From assembly GCF_011045215.1 (NCBI RefSeq), contig NZ_CP049202.1: 64,000 nt of DNA; one strand, written 5' to 3'. Positions 39,755 to 50,347 of this stretch are shown one piece after another (positions within the stretch are counted from its first letter, which is position 1; every line of letters starts with the position of its first letter). The notes under the pieces are model-generated. The model saw only the letters and a program-made list of their open reading frames with translations. It had not been told where the DNA came from and searched no databases. The position numbers and the translations under genes were made by a program. The DNA is from Escherichia coli (lineage in GTDB: Bacteria; Pseudomonadota; Gammaproteobacteria; Enterobacterales; Enterobacteriaceae).

Positions 39755-40331
39755 TTTTATCTCCGTTGTTTCTGATTGTTCTGTCATCAGGGAAATAAAC
39801 ATGGCATTCCCTGATTTTTCCCGGCAGGGAAGTGTCTTCTGCAAGAACTTCCTTCAGACGCTCATCTGCAGTTGCCACCCGGACACATTTCATTTTTCCG
39901 GGTCGCATCGGATATTTTCCGGAGATCACCGCCAGCGAGACATACATCAGTGCCAGCGTTGCCCATAATGCGGTGAACAGTTGCATCAGAGACTAGTCAG
40001 TCTCCCTGGCATATTCTGCAGCATCCCCCCGGCGAAAACCGCACGTTACAGACGGAGGCATCGCTAAATCGGAACCAAAACTGTTCGAGCAGTATCGGAC
40101 CGGATACAGCCCGGCTGGCGTTCTGCCCCTTACAAACTCGATCTCCTGAACCAGCAATTTCCCCGGTGTGGTGTTGTCCTTCCATAAAACAAACAGAGCC
40201 ATCAGGGCCATTGTGGCCAGTGGCAGAATGACGGCGTATTTCAGACACCAGAACAGTCCTCGCAGAACCCGGGCGACAACATACCGGGCGGCATGGCCCG
40301 CCTGACGGGACGACGTATTATTTGCCATCAT
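39741..40331 (-). pseudogene. traP: traP interrupted by an in-frame amber codon
   Basis: 112-aa and 81-aa ORFs share one frame, separated by TAG at 39993..39995; total about 196 codons as F TraP. Confidence 0.6.
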
Positions 40332-41745
40332 TGCCCCCTCCCTGACTGCCGGACATAAACTGCTGCGGATTCAGGTTGCCCAGTTGCTTCAGCATCTGGT
40401 CAGTATTAAAGCCGTTAAGATGACTTTCAGCTGATGGCGGAACAGGAACCGGACTTTCCGGATTGTCTTCTTCCGCTCTGCTCTGCGTGCGTTCCAGCGC
40501 CATCTCTTCCACGGTTTTCAGCTGGAAGCCGTCCTGGAACACCACGGTCACTTCGTTGCCCGCACCAATCGGTATCACCGGGTGATACTGTTCGGCACGT
40601 TTGATGTAGTAGTCACTTAGCGTCTGTGCGGCTTTCGATGCGCCGCCACCGATACCCATTTTAAGGACATCGCCGACCCCGTAAGCAGCAGTGGCACCCA
40701 GCCCGACAGCCGGCTGGGAGGCGCGCTCCATTCCCTGACCGATACCGTCAACAAATCCCGCGCCCCATGCCCAGCCGAGGATTTTGCCGTTACGCATCAC
40801 CACTTCGCCCTTGATACCGTTTTTACCCCGGAAGCTGACATGCCCCTTAATCGGCATATCAATGGTTTTGCCGTCCTTCAGGCAGCTGATATTGCGGGTG
40901 CGTACAATGGCACGCTCACTGGACACATCCCCCCAGGCTTCCAGACCCACAAAACATCCCGTTGCGTCATACGTCTTGCTGTTCGGCATTTCCACCAGGC
41001 CGGTGATACGCAGCTGCATCGGCACCGTGGATTCATTACCGGTGACAGAGGCATTGGCATCAGCCCCTTCAATCAGCATGGCTTTCGCAAAACTTCCTGA
41101 CGGAATGTACGGCAGTGATGGTCCCTGTTTTCCCTCATTACGGGTAAACACCTTACGCTGTATCCGGTTAGGTACCGGCACAGACTGGTACGTCACCTGT
41201 GGTGGTGGCGTGACACCATTCCCGGGATAAAACGCCGTCGGCGGTGGAACAGCAACGCTGCCCTGCGGCGGGAAGGATACGGGGGTGTTTCCTGGCTGTG
41301 GTTCGCCTTCCGGGCCGGGCGGTGAGGCAGGCATCTGCGGTACAGGCTCACCGGTCGCCGTGACGGGATTAGCACCCAGGGCTTTTACCTGCTCTGCCAG
41401 GGCGGCATTGTCCTGTCCCAGCTTTTCAATACGACGCTGGTCATCACCGCGCTGTTTGTTCAGAACATCCAGCTCACGACGGATTTCCTCATACTGCTTC
41501 TGCATCTGCGCTGCCGTCACCTGCATCTCGGTGGTGGCATGCTGACGCACCTTGTCATCAAAGGTCGTATCCACCACACCGGTCATATCCGGCACAGGCT
41601 CCTGTTCAGCCACGGTTTCACCGTTACCGGACATGTCCACATCAGACAGATACAGTGCCCCACCAATCGCGGAGGCTGTACCGACAACCACAATCCCCAG
41701 CCACAGGTACTGCTTGCGTTTCACAATGGTATTGATACTGGCCAT
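40318..41745 (-). CDS. traB: TraB VirB10-like protein
   Basis: 475 aa, same length as F TraB; proline-rich linker. Confidence 0.9.
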   Translation of the reverse strand: MASINTIVKRKQYLWLGIVVVGTASAIGGALYLSDVDMSGNGETVAEQEPVPDMTGVVDTTFDDKVRQHATTEMQVTAAQMQKQYEEIRRELDVLNKQRGDDQRRIEKLGQDNAALAEQVKALGANPVTATGEPVPQMPASPPGPEGEPQPGNTPVSFPPQGSVAVPPPTAFYPGNGVTPPPQVTYQSVPVPNRIQRKVFTRNEGKQGPSLPYIPSGSFAKAMLIEGADANASVTGNESTVPMQLRITGLVEMPNSKTYDATGCFVGLEAWGDVSSERAIVRTRNISCLKDGKTIDMPIKGHVSFRGKNGIKGEVVMRNGKILGWAWGAGFVDGIGQGMERASQPAVGLGATAAYGVGDVLKMGIGGGASKAAQTLSDYYIKRAEQYHPVIPIGAGNEVTVVFQDGFQLKTVEEMALERTQSRAEEDNPESPVPVPPSAESHLNGFNTDQMLKQLGNLNPQQFMSGSQGGGNDGK

Positions 41746-42473
41746 CAGTTGCCCTCCCCGTCACGGATGACATACACATCCATGCGCGCACCTGCCAGTA
41801 ACTGGCTGGCAGGCTGGCTGAACATCACGGCACGGGTTCCCGGCTGCCAGAAGTCACTTTCCCGGATATTCAGGGCAGACAGCGTTTTATTTTCCACGGC
41901 AAAGCGGACCATCTTCAGGTGATTCCCCGTCCATACGGCATCTGCCACTGAAGACAGCCCCGCCGGGGCCTGCAGGGTTTCCTTTGTCACCGGGACCTGA
42001 TACCAGCCTGCGGGTAATTTTCCGCCACGGACGGCCTGGCTGATGGTCACAAGCAGGGATTCGTAAGGCGTGGACGTTTCCCACGCACCGGCTTCTTCTC
42101 CGGTTCCGCGCAGGTCACTGACCAGCTGAATGGTACGCCCCGCGCCTTCACGGGGAACGGCCTGAATGGAAAGATTCAGACCACGTTCTGTTTCCAGAAT
42201 GAACGTAAAGGGCTTTTTGTTGACGGTGGCAACCACCACACCGCCGGAGGCGGTCTGCTCATTATTGGTCAGGGCACCATCCAGACTGTTCACGGCGATA
42301 ATCCGGTCACCGGGAACGGTAAACAGATTCGGGCTGGTATTGCTGATGGCAATACTGGCCTGACCACCGTTCACCATTGGCACCACGGTGGGGGCCAGCG
42401 TACCGTTTGCGGCCATCACGCTGCAGGAAAAAAACAGGCTGCCGAATATTATTGCCGTATTATTTTTTCTCAT
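41745..42473 (-). CDS. traK: TraK secretin-like protein
   Basis: 242 aa with signal peptide. Confidence 0.9.
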   Translation of the reverse strand: MRKNNTAIIFGSLFFSCSVMAANGTLAPTVVPMVNGGQASIAISNTSPNLFTVPGDRIIAVNSLDGALTNNEQTASGGVVVATVNKKPFTFILETERGLNLSIQAVPREGAGRTIQLVSDLRGTGEEAGAWETSTPYESLLVTISQAVRGGKLPAGWYQVPVTKETLQAPAGLSSVADAVWTGNHLKMVRFAVENKTLSALNIRESDFWQPGTRAVMFSQPASQLLAGARMDVYVIRDGEGN

Positions 42474-43026
42474 CGTCTGTTTCCCCGAAATTATCCAGCC
42501 AGGTCACCCCGTTTTCCCGCTTCAGAATAAGGATGTAATGTTTGATATCAGTGAAAGGTTTTGAATCACCAATCCAGGTTTTAAGCACACCACGAATTTC
42601 CACACGGCCATACTGAGGCCAGACACGAACACTGGTCTGGAAAAAGGCTGAGTTCACGTTATCGTTTTTAATACGCTTCGCTTCTTCAGCCAGAATAACT
42701 TTCATCTGGTTCTGTGCGCCCGGACGGATATATTGCAGAAGCGCCTGATGTGAGGCATCGACGGTTTCTGATGAAACATTCAGGCGGAGGGCAATAAATG
42801 ACAGCGCCATCTGCTGTAAATAAGAGGCATCTGCACTATTCTGCGACACGGCAAAGGGGGCATTAAATGCCATTGGCGTCACGGCAGTGCGTTGCTCATT
42901 CTGAAGACGGTAGTTATTCACCCCCTGAATGACGTTAACAGAGAGGCTGAGAACAATAAGCACTGACATAAATATAAAGGCGATGGCCATTACACGACTG
43001 GTACTTAAACGGGCACCGTGTTCCAT
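42460..43026 (-). CDS. traE: TraE pilus assembly protein
   Basis: 188 aa with N-terminal TM helix. Confidence 0.9.
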   Translation of the reverse strand: MEHGARLSTSRVMAIAFIFMSVLIVLSLSVNVIQGVNNYRLQNEQRTAVTPMAFNAPFAVSQNSADASYLQQMALSFIALRLNVSSETVDASHQALLQYIRPGAQNQMKVILAEEAKRIKNDNVNSAFFQTSVRVWPQYGRVEIRGVLKTWIGDSKPFTDIKHYILILKRENGVTWLDNFGETDDEKK

Positions 43027-43047
43027 ATAACAATCCTGGTATCAGTT

Positions 43048-43359
43048 CTATTTAATCCACTGCCGGAAACACGAATCGGGAATATTATGAAAAATACCGC
43101 GCAGCAGGGCTGTTGGCATATACCAGTAAATCAGGTCACGTAACCAGGAACTGCCCCGCCCCTTTTTCAGTTTTTTAATCCCGAAATAAACCAGAACCGC
43201 TGCACCAATACCGAACAGATATTTCGATGTTGTGATACCCCAGCCAGTACAGATTGCTGCGGGTATCAGTTCATCCAGTGGCAGGCCAAAGTAGCGGCTC
43301 TGGTTGGTCAGTGTTTCCGGGAAACGATATTTCTTAAGTTTATTCTCGTCTCCCGACAT
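43048..43359 (-). CDS. traL: TraL pilus assembly protein
   Basis: about 100-aa membrane ORF between traA and traE. Confidence 0.8.
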   Translation of the reverse strand: MSGDENKLKKYRFPETLTNQSRYFGLPLDELIPAAICTGWGITTSKYLFGIGAAVLVYFGIKKLKKGRGSSWLRDLIYWYMPTALLRGIFHNIPDSCFRQWIK

Positions 43360-43373
43360 CGTTTTATTTCCTG

Positions 43374-43733
43374 TCAGAGGCCAACGACGGCCATACCCAC
43401 AGCAATAAATACAGAAATGATGGCAAAACCGGCCAGGAACTTGACGTTTTTGGTCATCATGTACATGACCGCACCGACCAGAACTTCAGCCAGAACAACC
43501 CATTTAACAACACTGGAGTCCTTACCGAAGGTCGCCTTAACCGTGGTGTTACCGCTTGCCATCAGGTCCTGGCCCTGTGCTGCCATTGCCAGCTGCGGGA
43601 AGAACATCATCAGAACAGCAGCCGGGATCACAGCGCGAACCAGGCGAAGCATATTCAGACGAGTGAATTTAGAAAAAAACGACTTCTTTTTGACGGGCGC
43701 AGAAGCACCCTGAACACTTAAAACGGCGTCCAT
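43374..43733 (-). CDS. traA: TraA propilin (F-type)
   Basis: 119 aa; ...[75 protein letters not shown] near-identical to F-like pilins. Confidence 0.95.
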   Translation of the reverse strand: MDAVLSVQGASAPVKKKSFFSKFTRLNMLRLVRAVIPAAVLMMFFPQLAMAAQGQDLMASGNTTVKATFGKDSSVVKWVVLAEVLVGAVMYMMTKNVKFLAGFAIISVFIAVGMAVVGL

Positions 43734-43775
43734 ATGATTCCTCTGTTTAATATTGATAGTAAAAAATAAAACTCT

Positions 43776-43991
43776 TTATATATCGTCTATGTCTTCAGCT
43801 TCCTCCTTTACTAAAGATGCATTATAAAAGTCGGGAAAACGATTGAGATGATCTTTTAGTCTAATGAACACCTCATTAGTTTTTGTTCTTCCGCTACGAT
43901 CCCTGGCTGCTAAAAGTTTCTGATTAGTTGTCTCATCCAGTATTAATAAGACTTTGTTACCTGGTGCGGCTCTGGTTCTCCCTCTGCTCAC
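43776..43991 (-). CDS. traY: TraY ribbon-helix-helix oriT-binding protein (non-ATG start likely)
   Basis: 71 aa resembling the short R100-type TraY. Confidence 0.75.
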   Translation of the reverse strand: MSRGRTRAAPGNKVLLILDETTNQKLLAARDRSGRTKTNEVFIRLKDHLNRFPDFYNASLVKEEAEDIDDI

Positions 43992-44126
43992 GTTCCCTCC
44001 GCATAATTACTTGAGATAATAAAATATAATCATATAAATCATCTTTAATGAAAACAAAAATAGAGTAAATTATATTAACAAAAACGGGAACCAATGGTTC
44101 CCGCAAAATAACAAAAAGTTAACAGC

Positions 44127-44774
44127 TTATCTTCCCAATATTTCTTTTACTTTAGCATATAAAGGAAGTATCTTTTCCGTTCTAATCATTTCATCCAACC
44201 AGAGATCTCTAGAACTAAATCCATATCGTTTAAATAATTTCATGGTTTTCTTCTTTGATTTAGACACAGTGATGTTCATCTTTGCTGATGAATAATGATG
44301 GCTAAACCCTATCAGATATGGCTCAATGCCTACATATTCATCAGAGGGTACAATTAATTCATTGGAGTATTTAGACACAACAAACGATGACAGATTATCA
44401 TTTGCTACCCAAATAAACCTCCAGATGAAGAAATAGCCGCATGGTGTTATAACACTTTCTATGATCACACTCCATAACGTATTATTAAGTAATATGTCAT
44501 TATTACAATTTACACCATAAATAGAAGAGCATGATTCAATCTCTGCTCTGGATAACTGTAATTTACATTCCAACGTTAAACTATCAAACCATTCATCACA
44601 TGAATTAAAGGACGATCTGATAAGTTTTTCAAAGCAGTTATTTTCCTTAATAAAAGAACCATCCTCGAAGCGGATACATACAGGATATTTTAAAAACGAA
44701 ATAGCCTCTCCAAGACTATGAGGGAAATGCAATTGACTGATGAGTGCTCTTTCTCTACGATCCATCGCACACAT
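44127..44774 (-). CDS. traJ: TraJ transfer activator
   Basis: 216 aa from ATG at 44774 preceded by GGAGG; position between traY and traM. Confidence 0.7.
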   Translation of the reverse strand: MCAMDRRERALISQLHFPHSLGEAISFLKYPVCIRFEDGSFIKENNCFEKLIRSSFNSCDEWFDSLTLECKLQLSRAEIESCSSIYGVNCNNDILLNNTLWSVIIESVITPCGYFFIWRFIWVANDNLSSFVVSKYSNELIVPSDEYVGIEPYLIGFSHHYSSAKMNITVSKSKKKTMKLFKRYGFSSRDLWLDEMIRTEKILPLYAKVKEILGR

Positions 44775-44857
44775 AGGAACCTCCGTTAAGGATTCTATGG
44801 ACAGTCGATGCAGGGAGTGGCTGCTCCCTGCATCGGCGATTTTCAGTTTCAATTTTT
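44771..44857 (+). ncRNA. finP: FinP antisense RNA (approximate ends)
   Basis: plus-strand stem-loop over the traJ RBS/start, then perfect stem-loop GATGCAGGGAG...CTCCCTGCATC followed by a U-rich tail. Confidence 0.45.
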
Positions 44858-44964
44858 AACGTGGCATTAACCACGTAATCAATATACTAATTATTCTGAT
44901 TATTGTCATCAGTTCGAACCATAAAAAACTCTGATATTTGAACAAAGTCAAAATTTATTTCCCT

Positions 44965-45348
44965 TTATTCATCATCATTTTTTGGAAAGAACCTTTCCAT
45001 CTCAACCGACACCTTCTCTCTGATATCTTCAACCATATTGGCATATTCAAACTTCGGGTTTCCGGAAACATGAGGGCTAAGAGACTCAATACCTAAAATC
45101 TTTGCCACTGTTGACTGCGTTTTTACAACACATTCAAGAAGAAGTTTATTAAACTCTGCCTGATTAAATGCTGATTCTTTTCGTTCCATCTGCGCTTCAT
45201 AAACTCGCAATCCTAACTCAAGCAACATAGAGGCAATACTTGAATAACTAACATCTTTCTCTTTTGCTCCCTCTGCTCGCCTCTGCACAGCAATAGCATT
45301 TATTTTTTCAGACACATGGTCATTAACATAAACCTGAATTTTGGCCAT
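44965..45348 (-). CDS. traM: TraM relaxosome accessory protein
   Basis: 127 aa; closely resembles F-like TraM. Confidence 0.9.
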   Translation of the reverse strand: MAKIQVYVNDHVSEKINAIAVQRRAEGAKEKDVSYSSIASMLLELGLRVYEAQMERKESAFNQAEFNKLLLECVVKTQSTVAKILGIESLSPHVSGNPKFEYANMVEDIREKVSVEMERFFPKNDDE

Positions 45349-45779
45349 AACACACCTTATTTATCTTCCTAAACAAACAATATGTTTTCGTGCTCTCTAT
45401 TCTTCACCTTACGACGAATCGCCATTAGATTCATCATACTAAAATTACGATTCACTATACGAATCAGCAATCATCAAATGACGAATCTAATATAGATTCA
45501 CGCGCCAAGTAAATAGATGTTTTCAAAAAAATAGTCATTACTGAATCATTGACAATTCGTGATAGATTCACTATCGAATCTATCACGAATCCCTGCAATA
45601 TAATTCAAAATTATATAATATAAATACACTTCATTAATTACATGATTTAAAACACAAATCAGCAAAAACTTGTTTTTGCGTGGGGTGTGGTGCTTTTGGT
45701 GGTGAGAACCACCAACCTGTTGAGCCTTTTTGTGGAGTGGGTTAAATTATTTACGGATAAAGTCACCAGAGGTGGAAAA
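45349..45779. promoter_or_regulatory. oriT with nic site between 45688 and 45689 on the plus strand, plus TraM-binding repeats
   Basis: TTTTTGCGTGGGGTGT/GGTGCTTTTGGTGGTGAGAACCACC matches the F oriT nick region; GAATC/GATTC repeat motifs at about 45400-45590. Confidence 0.85.
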
Positions 45780-46289
45780 ATGAAAAAATGGATGTTAGCC
45801 ATCTGCCTGATGTTTATAAATGAGATCTGCCATGCCAATGATTGCTTTGATCTTTCAGGCCGGGATTACAAAATAGATCCTGATTTACTGAGAGCAATAT
45901 CATGGAAAGAATCCCGTTACCGGGTTAATGCCATCGGTATTAATCCGGTAACGGGATATGGCAGCGGACTGATGCAGGTAGATTCCCAGCATTTTAACGA
46001 ACTGGCCCGCTATGGAATTAATCCGGAACATCTGACAACAGATCCCTGCATGAACATTTATACCGGTGCTTATTATCTGGCAATAGCCTTTAAAAAATGG
46101 GGCGTCTCCTGGGAGGCCGTTGGTGCATACAATGCCGGATTCAGGAAGACCGAACGCCAGAACCAGAGACGTCTTGCCTACGCATCAGATGTTTACCGGA
46201 TTTATACCGGGATAAAAAGCAGTAAAGGTATCCGGATTCCGGCCACGAAGAAATCACTTCCGGAAATTAACAGCGTGCAGAACAATTAA
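45780..46289 (+). CDS. lytic transglycosylase, gene X / orf169
   Basis: 169 aa from ATG at 45780; signal peptide; SLT-like core. Confidence 0.85.
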   Translation: MKKWMLAICLMFINEICHANDCFDLSGRDYKIDPDLLRAISWKESRYRVNAIGINPVTGYGSGLMQVDSQHFNELARYGINPEHLTTDPCMNIYTGAYYLAIAFKKWGVSWEAVGAYNAGFRKTERQNQRRLAYASDVYRIYTGIKSSKGIRIPATKKSLPEINSVQNN

Positions 46290-46707
46290 TCTTACAGACA
46301 TTGTCAGATACCGGTTATGCCGCAAAAGCGGCATGGAAGGCCACACACAAAAATATCATATGAGTGACAATACTGACTGGCCGAAGCCCCGCGAAGCGGG
46401 AACCCATCTTATATATACCCGGTAACTGCGCAGCCTCCTGCCAGACCATTTTTCGCGGGCACAATATTTACAGACAACCGGAAAGCCAGTTGATGAAATT
46501 GAGGTATATCAGACGACACAGCGATGCCGAAGAATGATAATATAAGTAAAGCCCCGAAAATTTTTCGGGGCTTTACTTATATTATCATGACTTCCACTTT
46601 CTGAACTGTTCGGCAATCACCCATAACGCCTTGTTGATTCTTATATCACCATCAATACCTGTAATGGCTCTTGTCCTAGTATTTTTCCCGGAGGCACTTT
46701 GCCCCGA

Positions 46708-47406
46708 TCATCCACCTTTTATCATATTCTCCTGAACCCGCTGCCAGGTTGTCCAGAGATCGTTCTGTTTATCCTCCCAACGATGGGGAGTAATTATCTG
46801 TTCAGGCGTCACTGGCGTTTTATTTTCATCTTCATACCTGACCATCAGTGCAGCTCTGCTAAATAAATGTTGCTCGTCACTGTTAAGATGAATTTCTTTC
46901 ATCGCCTCCATATTATCAGTGACCTTATCAAAGATACCGAGTACTTCATACGCTCCCTCGATAACCTGCTCGACAATATCACCTTTATGTGGAACGCGGA
47001 TTTCGCCAAAATTATTTCCGCACACCAGGCCATTTGTGCAGACAAAACGAAAAATTCCGGGGATCATCTGATAACTGGATGAACCATCATGTGAATTAAG
47101 CAGGATAATTTCAGGAACTTCCTGCCCGTTAATATGCCCTTCCCTGCGAAGACGTAACATATGTTTACTGTATTCGCGACGTCCCAAATCACGAACCCGA
47201 CTCTGACAGGCAAAGAATGGCTGGAAACCTTCATCACGTAACTTATTGATGATATTGATTGTTGGAATATACGTATAACGTTCACTCCGGGACTCATGTT
47301 TATCACCGGAAAATACCGAAGGCACGAACTGCATTAATTCATCATCCGTTAAAGGACGTTCACGGCGGATGGAATTATACCGACCAAAACGGGAAGCTAA
47401 TCGCAT
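46708..47406 (-). CDS. leading-region hypothetical protein (orf273-position)
   Basis: about 232 aa from internal start; conserved position next to gene X. Confidence 0.5.
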   Translation of the reverse strand: MRLASRFGRYNSIRRERPLTDDELMQFVPSVFSGDKHESRSERYTYIPTINIINKLRDEGFQPFFACQSRVRDLGRREYSKHMLRLRREGHINGQEVPEIILLNSHDGSSSYQMIPGIFRFVCTNGLVCGNNFGEIRVPHKGDIVEQVIEGAYEVLGIFDKVTDNMEAMKEIHLNSDEQHLFSRAALMVRYEDENKTPVTPEQIITPHRWEDKQNDLWTTWQRVQENMIKGG

Positions 47407-47524
47407 AACAGCTACTCCTTTATGAAAGAATAAATTTAATAAAAAATTTTTCCGCTTAATATCATCCCTCCTGGTCACCATTAACAAGATTGCAACAATC
47501 AGGAGGAATATTCATCACATCCAG

Positions 47525-47811
47525 TCAGCAGATCGCCCGGATATCGAGGCCGGCACGCTTAATCTGACGCAGGAACTGTTTGAAGTGATCGGCTTCCGCA
47601 ATGTTGATATGGCGGAACTGCGTATCCACACCCCGGCTGAGCGCGTAGCTATAGCTGAAGGCCATCTTTTCCGGGTGGCTTTTGCGATATTTTTTCAGCT
47701 CAGTCAGGCTGCTGAATTCTAGGACGTCCCACTCTTCCCCGGTGTTTTTTTCTTCCCGGCAACAAGAAGCGTGTACGACGCGGTGTTAACGTGGATATTT
47801 CGGGTACTCAT
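47525..47811 (-). pseudogene. orf95-like leading-region gene with a frameshift in an A7 tract
   Basis: MSTRNIHVNTASYTLLVAGKKKTPG then stop; a 1-nt shift at 47745..47751 restores a 95-codon protein. Confidence 0.5.
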
Positions 47812-47837
47812 CCTGCTTTCTCCTCTCTCTGGTTTTC

Positions 47838-48380
47838 AGCCCCCATCATCTTTTGAGTTTCGGGAGCCGCGGTTTTGACGTTTTGCGGGGACCTGCCTTT
47901 TGTTCCCTCCGGTATTCACCATCATCTTTTTGAGAACCTTCGCCGCAAGGGGCATCACTGCCACGGCCGGAAACGACTGTCCGGGGGCAGACCGCAAAAG
48001 TTTTTGCCTGCTTCTGGGCAAAAACTTTTGCGGGATGTGCATTTCACCCCTGGACTGGCGGAGACGGTTGTGGCTGTATCAGCCCCCGGCGACAGGGGAT
48101 TAAACAGGTGAATGGCACCGGACAGAACAACGGGCAGGGACCCGCCGCAGCGACGTGAAGCGCGGTTTGCGAAACGGCGTTGCCCCTTACATCCCGGCGG
48201 CCTTTTGCCGGGATGCCGGGAGCGCAGGCCACGGCGCGACAGAGGCGGCGCGACCGGAACGGTCGCTGCAAGCCCGGGGTTTCGCGTCAGGGATGGAAGC
48301 CCGCCAGGGCGGAGACAGCTTCGCTGGCTCCGTTCACGACAGCCCGCCCCGCCAGGGGGACGCCCGGAAAAGGCATAAGC
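47838..48380. repeat. ~540-bp structured repeat, copy 1 (candidate single-strand promoter, Frpo/ssi-like)
   Basis: about 95 percent identical to 53226..53790; contains perfect 15-bp inverted repeat GCAAAAGTTTTTGCC...GGCAAAAACTTTTGC and longer imperfect arms. Confidence 0.6.
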
Positions 48381-48709
48381 AGGAGAACAACAAAACAGAC
48401 AATAATCAGGGCAGCAGTAATCAGAGTCAGAACAGGAGGAAAAAGAGAATAATCAAAGGGAAGGTGATGTGATTTCTGACAGGTCATAAACAGAGAAGGC
48501 GGGGGAAAAGAACGGGCGCCGCAGGCGCACGTTCATCCCCGTTCCCGGAGGGAAACGGCCTTCCTGGCAGTCTGGTTGTTCATGCCCGTACAATGCCAGC
48601 AAGGAGAAAGGGGCCACCGGCGAACCAGCAGCCCCTTTATAAAGGCGCTTCAGTGCAGTCAGACCAGCATCAGCCCTGAAAAGGCGGGCCTGCGCCCGCC
48701 TCCAGGTTG

Positions 48710-48868
48710 CTACTTACCGGATTCGTAAGCCATGAAAGCCGCCACCTCCCTGTATCCGTCTCTGTAACGAATCTCGCACAGCGATTTTCGTGTCAGATAA
48801 GTGAATATCAACAGTGTGAGACACACGATCAACACACACCAGACAAGAGAGCTGCGTGGTAGTTTCAT
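48710..48868 (-). CDS. hok: Hok/FlmA membrane toxin, with overlapping mok-like frame to 49009
   Basis: [52 protein letters not shown], near-identical to Hok. Confidence 0.85.
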
Positions 48869-49142
48869 GGCCTTCTTCTCCTTGCGCAAAGCGCGGTAAG
48901 AGGCTATCCTGATGTTGTCTAAGCATGCAGGGGCCTCGTGGGTTAATGAAAAATTAACTACGGGGCTTTTGTCCTTCTGCCACACAACACGGCAACAAAC
49001 CACCTTCACGTCATGAGGCAGAAAGCCTCAAGCGCCGGGCACATCATAGCCCATATCCCTGCACGCTGACCACACTCACTTTTCCTGAAAATAATCCGCT
49101 CATTCAGGCTGTTTACGGGTAATCTGTGTGATTGTTGCCGCA

Positions 49143-49862
49143 TCACGCTGCCTCCCGGAGTTTGTTCGGCACCATCCACCGCTCCATCTCACGGACAGCG
49201 TGACCGGCCTCTCTTGCTGCAAGACTGGCTTCCGCAATAACCTGCCAGAACGGCATATCCTGCCACTGCCAGCGTTCCATTCCGGACAGTGACGGAAAAC
49301 GCTCGCCCCACTGCCAGAACAGGGTTTCCAGGTCATGCTCTGCCACCCGGTCACTCCAGCGTGCATGCCAGCTTCCGACTGTTTCCGGCGAATGGAATGC
49401 CAGTTCGATTTCAGCCTGAGCGACCAGCTCCTGGTACGCACGGGCTTTCTGCTCTGCCTCCCGTGCCTGCTGGCGGCTGTACTTCTGCATGACCAGCGCG
49501 GATTTATGGCGACTGCGCTCCCTGACACGAAACCGCACCGACGGAAACAACCGCTCTGCTGCATCACCGGGAAGGGGAAGGAGGCAGACCTCGCCCTGTA
49601 TTTCAATCAGCACATCGATGACATACAGCCACTGAAGACGGTTGCCGTGCAGTTCTTCTGCGGTCAGGGACGGCATGAAAAATCGCAGGTCAGACAGCGA
49701 TATCCTGCGGCTTCCGTTCAGACAGCGGAAAAACGCCCCCGCATACGGATATTCCGCCAGCGTGTTACCCTGATGGCGGCGTTTTTCTGTCTCCGCCACC
49801 GCCCGCCATGCGGCCTGTTGCTCTGTGCTGAGCGGAACCAGTGCCTGTGAACGTACGCTCAT
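49143..49862 (-). CDS. psiA: PsiA
   Basis: 239 aa, directly downstream of psiB with overlapping stop/start. Confidence 0.85.
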   Translation of the reverse strand: MSVRSQALVPLSTEQQAAWRAVAETEKRRHQGNTLAEYPYAGAFFRCLNGSRRISLSDLRFFMPSLTAEELHGNRLQWLYVIDVLIEIQGEVCLLPLPGDAAERLFPSVRFRVRERSRHKSALVMQKYSRQQAREAEQKARAYQELVAQAEIELAFHSPETVGSWHARWSDRVAEHDLETLFWQWGERFPSLSGMERWQWQDMPFWQVIAEASLAAREAGHAVREMERWMVPNKLREAA

Positions 49863-50296
49863 ACCTGACCTCCTTCCGCCATCAGGATATGGATGATGTC
49901 GTTAACGCTGTACCCTTGCGTATCCAGTGACGCCGCCAGTGCCAGTGAATGGCTGACGGCTTCCGGTGCAAACCGCCGCTGTACCTGAACCACCGCAAAC
50001 GGCTCACCACCGGCATTCACCAGAACCAGCACCCAGACCTGAGAGACATCGCCCGGTGAACATAACGCCAGGTGAAAACGTTCGTGGGCAGGCGTGAAAC
50101 GGACCTGGACGGGGAAAAAGCCGCCAAACTCGCTGCCGTACTCGCCGTTCATCGTCCAGTTATCCGGCGCATCCAGCTCCCGCATCACGGCGTGAGTCAG
50201 CTCACGGCGTTCATCACTTCCGGCAGCCCGGATATCTTCATATTCCTGTGCGTTCATGGTCTGTAATACATTCAGGGTCAGTTCAGTTTTCATCAC
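49859..50296 (-). CDS. psiB: PsiB SOS inhibitor
   Basis: 145 aa; strong resemblance to F PsiB. Confidence 0.9.
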   Translation of the reverse strand: MMKTELTLNVLQTMNAQEYEDIRAAGSDERRELTHAVMRELDAPDNWTMNGEYGSEFGGFFPVQVRFTPAHERFHLALCSPGDVSQVWVLVLVNAGGEPFAVVQVQRRFAPEAVSHSLALAASLDTQGYSVNDIIHILMAEGGQV

Positions 50297-50347
50297 GGTA
50301 TCTCCCTTGCTGCCGCCCCGTCTCCGGCGGGGCGGTGTGGTTGTTCA

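Noticed and set aside
44775-44852. Longer TraJ starting at the first in-frame alternative start (44852)
   Set aside because: That position is TTG inside the FinP terminator hairpin; the downstream ATG at 44774 has a GGAGG RBS.
47836-48487. Small ORFs inside the structured repeats (for example 47875..48111, 53209..53505, 53558..54040)
   Set aside because: They arise in every frame of a hairpin-rich non-coding repeat and include poly-K/poly-F runs produced by the (GAA)n tract; no RBS context.
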